Below are positions 11,236 to 22,849 of a DNA stretch of 64,000 nt, piece by piece. Location: contig NW_025766447.1 of the NCBI RefSeq assembly GCF_003918875.1, positions 1,984,001 to 2,048,000 on the forward strand, written 5' to 3'. A model generated the notes under the pieces. That model had not been told where the DNA came from, made no database searches, and saw nothing but the letters and a program-made list of their open reading frames with translations. Numbering within the stretch: position 1 is the stretch's first letter; each line of letters begins with the position of its first letter. Both the position numbers and the translations under genes were made by a program. This stretch comes from Haliotis rubra. Taxonomy: Eukaryota.

Positions 11236-14107
11236 CTATGAGTGAGTGGGAGCTGGTTTGGTTGTCGTGTACAGCCCGGCAAGGGACTGCTCGAACTTGA
11301 GATGCTGGAACATAAACCTCAAACGTGAATAGTTGTCAAAGACAATGTCAATTTCACCAATGACACTTCGTGTGCACGGGACGTGAGCCATCTTGAATCA
11401 GCTAAGTACCCTCAATTTCACCTGTACTTACCGCTGACAAGTATACGTTAAAGAAGTGAGTTTCACCTGTACTTACCGCTGCCAAATAGGAGTTAAAGAA
11501 GTGAGTTTGAGCTGTACTTACCGCTGACAGGTAGGAGTTAAAGAAGTGAGTTTCACCTGTACTTACCGCTGACAGGTAGGAGTTAAAGAAGTGAGTTTCA
11601 CCTGTACTTACCGCTGACAGGTAGGAGTTAAAGAAGTGAGTTTGAGCTGTACTTACCGCTGACAGGTAGGAGTTAAAGAAGTGAGTTTGAGCTGTACTTA
11701 CCGCTGACAAATAGGAGTTAAAGAAGTGAGTTTGAGCTGTACTTACCGCTGACAGGTAGGAGTTAAAGAAGTGAGTTTCACCTGTACTTACCGCTGACAG
11801 GTAGGAGTTAAAGAAGTGAGTTTCACCTGTACTTACCGCTGACAGGTAGGAGTTAAAGAAGTGAGTTTCACCTGTACTTACCGCTGACAGGTAGGAGTTA
11901 AAGAAGTGAGTTTCACCTGTACTTACCGCTGACAGGTAGGAGTTAAAGAAGTGAGTTTCACCTGTACTTACCGCTGACAGGCAGGAGTTAAAGAAGTGAG
12001 TTTTCAGCTTCAGTAGGACAGTTAAAGAAGTGAGTTTCACCTGTACTTACCGCTGACAAATAGGAGTTAAAGAAGTGGGTTTCACCTGTACTTACCGCTG
12101 ACAAGTAGGTGTTAAAGAAGTGAGTTTTACCTGTAGTTACCCTGACAAGTAGGTGTTAAAGAAGTGAGTTTTACCTGTACTTACCGCTGACAGGTAGGAG
12201 TTAAAGAAGTGAGTTTCACCTGTACTTACCGCTGACAGGTAGGAGTTAAAGAAGTGAGTTTCACCTGTACTTACCGCTGACAGGTAGGAGTTAAAGAAGT
12301 GAGTTTCACCTGTACTTACCGCTGACAGGTAGGAGTTAAAGAAGTGAGTTTCACCTGTACTTACCGCTGACAGGTAGGAGTTAAAGAAGTGAGTTTCACC
12401 TGTACTTACCGCTGACAAAAGTAGGAGTTAAAGAAGTGAGTTTCACCTTGTAGGATTCAGAGAAGGAGTTTCACCTGTACTTACCGCTGACAGGTAGGAG
12501 TTAAAGAAGTGAGTTTCACCTGTACTTACCGCTGACAGGTAGGAGTTGAAGAAGTGAGCTTCAGCTGGCGTCACACCTGGAACAGACACAAGTAAACATG
12601 GATCACGATGGGATATAGGATGCGATTATAATTATAATAGTCAGGTTTCAAACAAAGACGTCTAACCGATATACGTCCTTCGTTTTCACGCCTGCAACAT
12701 ATCTACTGAGTGACTCTCATTTCACCTCACTGGTCGGTTCTGTTCATTTCTGTGACAAGGTGGTTAATGTGCCAGTGTTTTACTTAGTTATATTTCGGGG
12801 TCATCTTCTCGTAAGAGGGGTCTATGTCGGGTTAGAACTGATCTTCAGCAGCCCATGCTTGTCGTCAGAGGGGTCTATGTCGGGTTAGAACTGATCTTCA
12901 GCAGCCCATGCTTGTCGTCAGAGGGGTCTATGTCGGGTTAGAACTGATCTTCAGCAGCCCATGCTTGTCGTCAGAGGGGTCTATGTCGGGTTAGAACTGA
13001 TCTTCAGCAGCCCATGCTTGTCGTCAGAGGGGTCTATGTCGGGTTAGAACTGATCTTCAGCAGCCCATGCTTGTCGTCAGAGGGGTCTATGTCGGGTTAG
13101 AACTGATCTTCAGCAGCCCATGCTTGTCGTCAGAGGGGTCTATGTCGGGTTAGAACTGATCTTCAGCAGCCCATGCTTGTCGTCAGAGGGGTCTATGTCG
13201 GGTTAGAACTGATCTTCAGCAGCCCATGCTTGTCGTCAGAGGGGTCTATGTCGGGTTAGAACTGATCTTCAGCAGCCCATGCTTGTCGTCAGAGGGGTCT
13301 ATGTCGGGTTAGAACTGATCTTCAGCAGCCCATGCTTGTCGTCAGAGGGTCATATAGGTGTGGTTAGAACTGATCTTCAGCTTATGCTCCATGCTTGACT
13401 GTCAGAGGGGTCTACTTCAATTGGTTAGAATCGATGCTTCAGCAGCCCATGCTTGAATCACAGAATTATCTAGTCCAGATTCGATTGCTTACAGTCATAC
13501 AGTAGGACTATTGATAAGTGTGGAGTTAAATAACAAACAAACATACGTTATTTATATGTGCTCTGAAACCGATTAGATCATGTATGATAAGTTGCTGTGA
13601 CCAAGTGCTTTGCTATGTACCAGTATTGACACTTGTGGACGCATAATGTTCTTGCGTTCAGCCTATACAGATCTAATCGGCAACCATGCTTTCCATGTGC
13701 CACCTCGCCATTCACACACACAACAGCGCTAAGACTGGACTCACTCCAAACCATATAAACCCATTTGTCAACGAAGATGAAATACCACACAGGCCTTATC
13801 AACAAATACTCAGGAAGTCCGAAACTGACAGGAGTCCCACTGAAACTATATATATATACCATTACTTACTGTCCAACAAATCCAGGATTTTGTAGAAGCC
13901 GACAGTTGCAATATACGCCGTCAGCTGACAAGATTCGGCTGCCCCAATCAGTTCCGGGACGAGCGCCCTATTGTCAGCGGACATCGTGCTGTATGATGGG
14001 GATGTGTGGATGGCAGTCAGCAGTTTGAGAAGGTCCTCGTTCGGGGCACAGGGCCCCGAAGCAGCAGAGGTTGACAGCAATAACGCCAGGACCACGTAGA
14101 TGAGCAT
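11236..14107 (-). CDS. Uncharacterised small secreted protein, paralog A (~117 aa; coding exons 14107-13870, 12576-12530, 11304-11236)
   Basis: Manual splice gives MLIYVVLALLLSTSAASGPCAPNEDLLKLL...GFYKILDLLD|SVTPAEAHFFNSYLSA|HLKFEQSLAGLYTTTKPAPTHS*. All introns are GT-AG with consistent phases (1, 0). Hydrophobic signal peptide; AATAAA at 11173-11178 (rc). Exon structure is identical to paralog B. Confidence 0.85.
11410..12529 (-). repeat. Minisatellite, 45-bp unit made of exon 3' end plus 5' splice site of paralog A, ~24 copies
   Basis: Minus-strand unit GTAAGTACAGGTGAAACTCACTTCTTTAACTCCTACCTGTCAGCG. Its last ~30 nt match the end of exon 12576-12530. Confidence 0.92.
12815..13450 (+). repeat. 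Minisatellite, 53-bp unit amplified from the 5' part of a family A SINE, ~11-12 copies
   Basis: Unit CGGGTTAGAACTGATCTTCAGCAGCCCATGCTTGTCGTCAGAGG matches SINE CGGGTTAGAATATTGATCTTCAGTAACCCATGCTTGTCGTAAGAGG (63422-). The degenerate SINE 3' half follows to ~13540. Confidence 0.9.
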
Positions 14108-14477
14108 TGTAGGGAGTGGAGAGATGCTGAGGTATATAACGCTGTGGGACAAAGACGGTATATATGTCACACGGTCACATTGTCACAAATTGTCACACAT
14201 TGTCTTACCTGAGGAGACGCTGTGGACTGTATTTACCTGTATTGGATTCAGCGCAGAATATCTGATCCGCTTGGGAGGTGGAATATTCCAAAGAACTAGA
14301 TCAGTGGAGATAGTGTGTGAACACGCCAGACTGGAATGTCGCACCTTATCGGGCTTGTTTTGGGAATAACACCTGTCAAATCTAGTGTAAACGTGATGGC
14401 TTTGGGCCTGAATTAACACTGAATAGAAAGACGTGTCACACTCCTAGCTCTGTAACGCCGGATCTTCCTGATTTGGT

Positions 14478-14611
14478 NNNNNNNNNNNNNNNNNNNNNNN
14501 NNNNNNNNNNNNNNNNNNNNNNNNNNNNNNNNNNNNNNNNNNNNNNNNNNNNNNNNNNNNNNNNNNNNNNNNNNNNNNNNNNNNNNNNNNNNNNNNNNNN
14601 NNNNNNNNNNN
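14478..14611. other. Assembly gap (N run)
   Basis: Run of N. Confidence 1.
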
Positions 14612-14840
14612 GGTTGGAATTGGTCTTCAGTAACCCATGCTTGTCGTAAGAGGCGACTAACGGGATCGGGTGATCAGGCTCGCTGACTTGGTTGGCACAT
14701 GTCATCGTATCCAAGTTGCGTAATACGATGCTCATGCTGTTGATCACTGGATTGTCTGGTCCAGACTCGATCATTTACAGACCGCTGCCATATATAGCTG
14801 GAATATTGCTGAGTTAAACAATCAACCAATCAATCAATCA
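14612..14840 (+). mobile_element. SINE-like family A copy (5' end in gap)
   Basis: TTGGTCTTCAGTAACCCATGCTTGTCGTAAGAGGCGACTAACGGGATCGGGTGATCAGGCTCGCTGAC...GCTGGAATATTGCTGAG followed by (CAAT)n. Confidence 0.85.
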
Positions 14841-15547
14841 GTCATCATCGGCATCATCTGTGGTCGAACTCATGTTTCAGTTCTTGTCCAGGATTAACGG
14901 TTACACTTTTCCGATAGTTCGTCGTGTGTCCGTTTACTGGCTGTTTTGAGTGGCAGATGTGTCGTTCAGTGGCACGAGCCTTCCCTATATGTCAGCAGAT
15001 GTTTATAGCGATGAACAGCGTCTGTGCAGTTAAGGGGTATTTTGTGTCTAACAGAGAAACAGTATATAAAAAATGTGAGACTGTAATGCCAATTGGTTAT
15101 TGCAAAGAGAGTTCACACTTCGAGTTCAAAACATGATCGTGGCCAATGGCACAAGGGATCTTAATTATATATGTAGATTAATTGCCATCAACCCGCCATT
15201 CCTATTGTGCTTGGAACACATGTTGGCCAGCTGGCATGGGCCTATCATTCCTATAGTCTCTGGAGGAATATTGCCAACAGTCGTCAACGATGTACACAAA
15301 TACGAAACGTGGATAGTCGTCGCTGGTCAGACGAATCCCGACTCACTTGATGGGCGTGTCTGTCAGATTTGGCGGTGGATCGGGTCTGGTGTGGGTGGCA
15401 TCGCCATGCCTTAACGAACCACACCTCACATTGTACATGTAACGGTTGCTGGGCAGTAAACGTAAAACTCTGACACTGTGTGTAGTCCCGTTTGCAGGAC
15501 GTTTGCCTACCGTGCGCAGCTCACTTCCAGCATCCATAGAATACCAT

Positions 15548-15672
15548 GGGGGCGGTGGGGTACCCTAGTGGTTAAAGCGTTGGCTCGTCACGCCGAAGAC
15601 CCGGGTTCGAATCCCCAGGGTACAATCATTTCTGGTGTTCCCCGCCGTGAGCGTTGCTGGAATATTGCAGCA
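15548..15672 (+). mobile_element. tRNA-derived SINE family B copy (3'-truncated)
   Basis: GGGGGCGGTGGGGTACCCTAGTGGTTAAAGCG...GGGTTCGAATCCCC (B-box)...GCTGGAATATTGC. Confidence 0.8.
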
Positions 15673-16115
15673 TCCATCAGAGATACCATGGCCAGCAATG
15701 AGCCCTACCATTTCCCGAATGAAATCGTCTGGAGCGTTAAAGGTTACTGGCCATGATACCTGGCCAAGCACTCCAAAAGGAGTAGGACAAAATGCCTTTT
15801 GGGGGAAACTTACACACGGTATGCCGCGTCGAGTGATCGAATGCCTGAGAAGTCGTGGCGGCTTTTACCACTATCGATCCAAAAACGTCAACTGTGCCTT
15901 CTCACATATGAGCGTTGTCGTCCTCCAAGATACTTGGCGGCCATAACCTGTTTGTTTGTATGTATATCAGTCGATGGGGACCATCTATTTACTTCATTTT
16001 AAACAGAAGCCACATTACCAGCACAGAAAACGTAAGAACGAAGATATTTTGTCTCATATTTATTCACTTTCATGTTTTTTCAGATTCGGCAATAAGTAAG
16101 TCCTGCCCTCGTGTA

Positions 16116-17151
16116 TCAGTGAGAAGTGTGTGGACGAGTTGTTGTGTGGCTAAGCTTGTCGAACACAGCCTTCTCAATGTTAAGATGCTGAAATCCAACA
16201 GAGAGTTGAACACATGCGCTGAAGACACGATGGAGGGCAATTCTGACTCATCTTCTATACCTACTGCGTACTCTAATGATATCTTGTAAGGTCTGTAGTC
16301 AGACATGCCAGTGAGTCAAGAACGGATATAAATAACACAGGCTGAGGATGAATATTCTCTTCCGTTGCTGTTGGGTCGAACACAACCAAGGGTTTCTAAA
16401 ACTTACGGACCAACTTGTAAATATACCTTGTCCATAACATGTTATAAAATATAGATAGTCAACAGAAATCCCGTCTTCCCCCAATGTACCCTTTCTGACA
16501 GGTAATAGTACTGAATCTGTTCACATTCACATTCGCCTCCGAGTCCTGCCGCCACATACTCACCTTAACGATGTAGGAGTTCAACACGTGGGCTTCCTGA
16601 GGAGTCAGGCCTGAAATGACACAGAGGTTTACCCATTTATGGCATGGGGACAATGACACTTTCTGATACTACAATGTCAAAGGATTTATAAGTAAAAACG
16701 TTTGCTAACGTCGAAGATTTTGTTGTAAGCACAAGAACGTATTTATCCATGCCTTGGTTTGCCAGGATGCACCAGAAACTAAATGGTATTCTTTTTGGGT
16801 TTGTGCCCGGAAAACACATGAATGCCATGCTGGAGGAAGCACAGCACACGAATGACATGCTGGGTGTAGCGCCAGCACACATGCCAGTAGTCCAGTGGTT
16901 TACTTACTGTCCAGCAAACCGAGGACTTTGCTGAAGCCGACGGTGTTGATGTAGGCTGTGAGCTGACAGGTCTGGACCTCCGACACCATCTCCGTCATCA
17001 TCACCTTGTTCTCGGCAGACAGGGTGTTGTAGGAGGGGGTGTTGTGGACGACCTTCAGGAAACTCAGTAGATCCTCATTGGGAGCACATGGGCCATTGAT
17101 GGCCACAGCAGACGACAACAGCACCAAGGTGAAGGTCAAATATACCAGCAT
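16116..17151 (-). CDS. Uncharacterised small secreted protein, paralog B (~120 aa; coding exons 17151-16908, 16610-16564, 16187-16116)
   Basis: MLVYLTFTLVLLSSAVAINGPCAPNEDLLSFL...GFSKVLGLLD|SLTPQEAHVLNSYIVK|HLNIEKAVFDKLSHTTTRPHTSH*. GT-AG introns with the same phases and the same 47-nt middle exon as paralog A. Acceptor at 17158 precedes the ATG; AATAAA at ~16059-16064 (rc). Confidence 0.88.
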
Positions 17152-17948
17152 TTTAGCCTGAAAGGCAACGGCAGAGATATAAGACTGATGTGAAGCATTT
17201 AATGTGGCAGGTTATTACTATTCATATTGTCACTACTTAGACACTTGAAAGTGCCGATAAGGAACTCTTTCAAAGAGAGGGAACACTCAAAAATACTTGC
17301 ATAGTTTCTTGCATAAGATGTTTATCGGCAATCACTGTCTTTGTCCTAATACAAAGTAGCGATTGCATGGATTACAACTTCTTTAATACTAAGTCTCATG
17401 TGGCAACATTTCTAGATAACTTTATGCGACTACTTAGGAGTTGCGTGGAGGTTTCATGTTCCTCTACTTTACGGCGAGGCAGCATGAAAAGTGCCCAGAC
17501 TGGCTGAGCGATACGGAATAAGGACCTGTTTACATTTTAGCAATTCTGAAAACTGATTGGTTATTTGGGCGACATGACGACTCAAGATTTACAAGGATGT
17601 AATTGGTACAGTTCACCATAACACTAAAGCCTAAACTGACGTACCAAAAGAAAGTACACACATGGTTCTTTGGGATATTTTTCCAAGGGAACGTTAATAT
17701 TTTGTAAAGTGTTTTGGTTGTGACTTATGCTTGTGACGAGTTAGCCACAATCAAAACACACAACATTTAAGTCGCTTCTAAGAACACAATCCCAAAACGT
17801 CATGTCTGTACATGGTTTTGTATGTCAGTTTACATTACTTTCCAACCATCAATGATAACTGTTTATTGTTCCCTGTGGGGACCCAGGGTAGAATGTGTTC
17901 CCATCACACTGTTGGCGATCGTAAGCGGCGATCGCATTGGGCAAGCAC

Positions 17949-18205
17949 CCTGTGAAGGTTTTGGTTAGAATTGGTCTTCATCGGCAGTCACCCCGATGAG
18001 TCTCCATCGACCCATGCTGGCCTCAGACGAGTCTAAAGAGCTCGGATCGTCAGGCTCGATGCCTTTGTTCATGCTATCATTGCATCCAAAATGCTTGGAT
18101 CGATGCTCATGATGTTAATCACTGGATATCCTGGTACAGACTCGATTATTAGGCCTCCGTCACATTGCTGGAATATTGCTGAGAACGTTGTTAAAACAAA
18201 CAAAT
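17949..18205 (+). mobile_element. Degenerate SINE-like family A copy (intron 1 of paralog B)
   Basis: CCTGTGAAGG...TTAGAATTGGTCTTCA...GATCGATGCTCATG...CAGACTCGATTATT...GCTGGAATATTGCTGAG. Confidence 0.7.
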
Positions 18206-18295
18206 CACATCAGTCCTAAACTAACTTCTCACCCATGCACATATTTGTAGATGTTGACCGTCACATAACGGTTTAAAACTAGACCTATAACGTAC

Positions 18296-18371
18296 CTCGG
18301 GTCGACGTGGGACTCACTGTCTTGGAGAACAGATGGTAATGAAACTAGGTGGCACTTGAAGCCTTTTTATA
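18296..18371 (-). promoter_or_regulatory. TATA box and short non-coding first exon of paralog B
   Basis: Minus-strand TATAAAAA at 18371-18364, Inr-like TTTCATTA ~30 nt downstream, then CCCGAG|GTACGT donor at 18296/18295 that can pair with the acceptor at 17158. Confidence 0.6.
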
Positions 18372-18639
18372 TCAGCATGATAATTAGCACATGTGTTGAC
18401 CCCACTCCTTTCTCCACGATAACGCTATTTGTTTGCCCGTGGTCCCAACACATTGTAGTCATATGCACCTGTAAAAGAGAAACCTGATTGTTACGATGCC
18501 ACAAACTATAGGGGACGCTGGACATGTAATCCTTACTTCAAAGAATCAGGGGGCAGTTATGTCACATTGTGACAGAGGACAATTGACTACTATAAAGGAT
18601 ACGAATCACCAAGCAAAAGTATATGACACACCTGAAGCG

Positions 18640-21600
18640 CATGTAGGACAGGAGACATCTAGGACATACCTAGCATAGGAAACATGGAGGACATACCAGG
18701 GACAGGAAACATCTAGGACATACCAGCGACAAGAGACACCTAGGACATGCCAGGGACAGGAGACATCCAGAACATACCAGGGACAGGAAACATCTAGGAC
18801 ATACCTAGCATAGGAAACATGGAGGACATACCAGGGACAGGAAACATCTAGGACATACCAGCGACAAGAGACACCTAGGACATGCCAGGGACAGGAGACA
18901 TCCAGAACATACCAGGGACAGGAAACATCTAGGACATACCTAGCATAGGAAACATGGAGGACATACCAGGGACAGGGAAACATCTAGGACATACCAGCGA
19001 CAGGAGACACCTAGGGACATACCAGGGACAGAGATATCCAGAACATACCAGGGACAGGAAACATCTAGGACATACCCTAGCATAGGAAACATGGAGGACA
19101 TACCTAGCATAGGAAACATGGAGGACATACCTAGCATAGGAGACATGGAGGACATGCCTAGCATAGGAAACATGGAGGACATGCCTAGCATAGGAGACAT
19201 GGGGGACATGCCTAGCATAGGAGACATGGAGGACGTACCTAGCATAGGAGACATGGAGGACATACCTAGCATAGGAGACATGGAGGACATGCCTAGCATA
19301 GGAGACATGGAGGACATACCTAGCATAGGGAAACATGGAGGACATGCCTAGCATAGGAAACATCTAGGACATACCTAGCATAGCAAACATCTAGGACATG
19401 CCTAGCATAGGAAACATCTAGGACATACCTAGCATAGGAAACATGGAGGACATACCTGGCATAGGAAACATGGAGGACATACCTAGCATAGGAGACACGG
19501 AGGACATACCAGCGACAGGAGACATCCAGGATATACACATAGCATAGGAAACATGGAGGACATACCAGGGACAGGAAACATCTAGGACATACCAGCGACA
19601 AGAGACACCTAGGACATGCCAGGGACAGGAGACATCCAGAACATACCAGGGACAGGAAACATCTAGGACATACCTAGCATAGGAAACATGGAGGACATAC
19701 CAGGGACAGGAAACATCTAGGACATACCAGCGACAAGAGACACCTAGGACATGCCAGGGACAGGAGATATCCAGAACATACCAGGGACAGGAAACATCTA
19801 GGACATACCTAGCATAGGAAACATGGAGGACATACCTAGCATAGGAAACATGGAGGACATACCTAGCATAGGAGACATGGAGGACATGCCTAGCATAGGA
19901 AACATGGAGGACATGCCTAGCATAGGAGACATGGGGACATGCCTAGCATAGGAGACATGGAGGACGTACCTAGCATAGGAGACATGGAGGACATACCTAG
20001 CATAGGAGACATGGAGGACATGCCTAGCATAGGAGACATGGAGGACATACCTAGCATAGGAAACATGGAGGACATGCCTAGCATAGGAAACATCTAGGAC
20101 ATACCTAGCATAGCAAACATCTAGGACATGCCTAGCATAGGAAACATCTAGGACATACCTAGCATAGGAAACATGGAGGACATACCTGGCATAGGAAACA
20201 TGGAGGACATACCTAGCATAGGAGACACGGAGGACATACCAGCGACAGGAGACATCCAGGATATACATAGCATAGGGAACATGGAGGACATACCAGGGAC
20301 AGGAAACATCTAGGACATACCAGCGACAAGAGACACCTAGGACATGCCAGGGACAGGAGACATCCAGAACATACCAGGGACAGGAAACATCTAGGACATA
20401 CCTAGCATAGGAAACATGGAGGACATACCAGGGACAGGAAACATCTAGGACATACCAGCGACAAGAGACACCTAGGACATGCCAGGGACAGGAGATATCC
20501 AGAACATACCAGGGACAGGAAACATCTAGGACATACCTACCATAGGAATCATGGAGGACATACCTAGCATAGGAGACATGGAGGACATACCTAGCATAGG
20601 AGACATGGAGGACATACCTAGCATAGGAAACATGGAGGACATGCCTAGCATAGGAAACATCTAGGACATACCTAGCATAGGAAACATCTAGGACATGCCT
20701 AGCATAGGAAACATCTAGGACATACCTAGCATAGGAAACATGGAGGACATACCTAGCATAGGAAACATGGAGGACATACCTAGCATAGGAGACATGGAGG
20801 ACATACCTAGCATAGGAGACATTGAGGACATACCTAGCATAGGAGACATGGAGGACCTAGCATAAGAGACATGGAGGACATACCTAGGACAGGAAACATC
20901 TAGGACATACCTAGCATAGGAAACATGGAGGACATACCAGGGACAGGAGACATCTAGGACATTCCAGGGACAGGAGACATCTAAGACATACCAGGGACAG
21001 AAAACATCTAGGACATACCAGGGACAGGAAACATCTAGGACATACCAGGGACAGGAAACATCTAGGACATACCAGGGACAGGAAACATCTAGGACATACC
21101 AGGGACACGAAACATCTAGGACATACCAGGGACAGGAAATCATCTAGGACATAGCAGGGACAGGAAACATCTAGGAAATACCAGGGACAGGAAACATCTA
21201 GGACATACCAGGAACAGGAGACTTCTAGGACATAGCAGGAACAGGAAATATCTAGGACATAGCAGGAACAGGAAATATCTAGGACATTGCAGGAACAGGA
21301 AATATCTAGGACATACCAGGAACACGAAACATCTGAGACATACAAGAGACAAGAGACATCTAGCACACACCAGGCACAAGAGACATCTAGGACATACCAT
21401 GAGGAGCAACAACTAGGACATACCAGGGACAGGAAACATCTAGGACATAGCAGCGACAGGAAACATCTAGGACATAGCAGCGACAGGAAACATCTAGGAC
21501 ATACCAGGGACAGGAAACATCTAGGACATACCAGGGACACGAAACATCTAGGACATACCAGGGACAGGAAATCATCTAGGACATAGCAGGGACAGGAAAC

Positions 21601-22290
21601 ATCTAGGAAATACCAGGGACAGGAAACATCTAGGACATACCAGGAACAGGAGACTTCTAGGACATAGCAGGAACAGGAAATATCTAGGACATAGCAGGAA
21701 CAGGAAATATCTAGGACATTGCAGGAACAGGAAATATCTAGGACATACCAGGAACACGAAACATCTGAGACATACAAGAGACAAGAGACATCTAGCACAC
21801 ACCAGGCACAAGAGACATCTAGGACATACCATGAGGAGCAACAACTAGGACATACCAGGGACAGGAAACATCTAGGACATAGCAGCGACAGGAAACATCT
21901 AGGACATAGCAGCGACAGGAAACATCTAGGACATACCAGGGACAGGAGACATCTAGAACATACCAGGGACAGGAGACATCTAGGATATACCAGGGACAGG
22001 AGACATCTAAGACATAGCAGGGACAAGAGACATCTAAGACATACCAGGGACAGGAGACATCTAAGACATACTCAAGGACAAGAGACCAGATACCAAGACA
22101 AGAGACATCTAAAATATACCAAGGACAGGAAACATCTTGGACATACCAGGGACAGGTAATATCTTGGACATACCAGGAACAGGATACATCTAGGGCATAC
22201 CAGGGACAAGAGACATCGTGGACATACCAGGGACAGGAAATATCTTGGACATACCAGGGACAAGAGACATCTAGGACATACCAGAGACAA
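18640..22290. repeat. Minisatellite, 27-bp unit (GGAAACATCTAGGACATACCAGGGACA / ...ACCTAGCATA variants), ~3.6 kb, with higher-order duplications
   Basis: 9-codon periodicity in all ORFs. Identical ORFs 21140-21412 and 21572-21844 show a 432-bp duplication. Confidence 0.95.
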
Positions 22291-22849
22291 GCAATGACCC
22301 GTAGTATAACGGTAACGTCTTCAAACACTTTGTCGTGAGGTGAAGCGCTGACATGGCTCAACATAGCACTCCAGCGGTCTAACTCCTTGCTCAAATTGGC
22401 TTGTTCATGAGTGTAGTATTGGAATAAGACATGCTGAGATAAGAGAATCTTGAGTTTAAGCTACTCAAGGCAAAGAGAGCAAAACGGGTTAAAATATCCA
22501 ATTGTAATGATCAGTTAATCCTTCTATAATATCTTCTATATTTATAATTAATATAATGTATAATGACTTTATAGTCCGTCGGACGTCCACTTCGCTGACA
22601 AATGACAACCCCTCAAGGTTTACAGGAGCATCATTTTATAATAATATTTATAATTTTAGACTTACAAAACAGAAATTAGAAACTGAAGAAAAACTTTAAA
22701 GTTGTCAATGGCTGACCACTGACCCACTTGGCAAGTCACCCCCACAGGGCCCCTTCTTGCATGGTAGGTACGTGTGCCTAGGCAACAAAGGATTGTGGCT
22801 GAAGAGAAGACCTGTCCTTGGTGGAGACTATTTACCACACCTCGGCAAG

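Noticed and set aside
18606-22394. Cys-rich repetitive ORFs (LSLVCPRCF, YVLDVSCPW, MEDIPSIG)
   Set aside because: Products of the 27-bp minisatellite, open on both strands with no gene structure.
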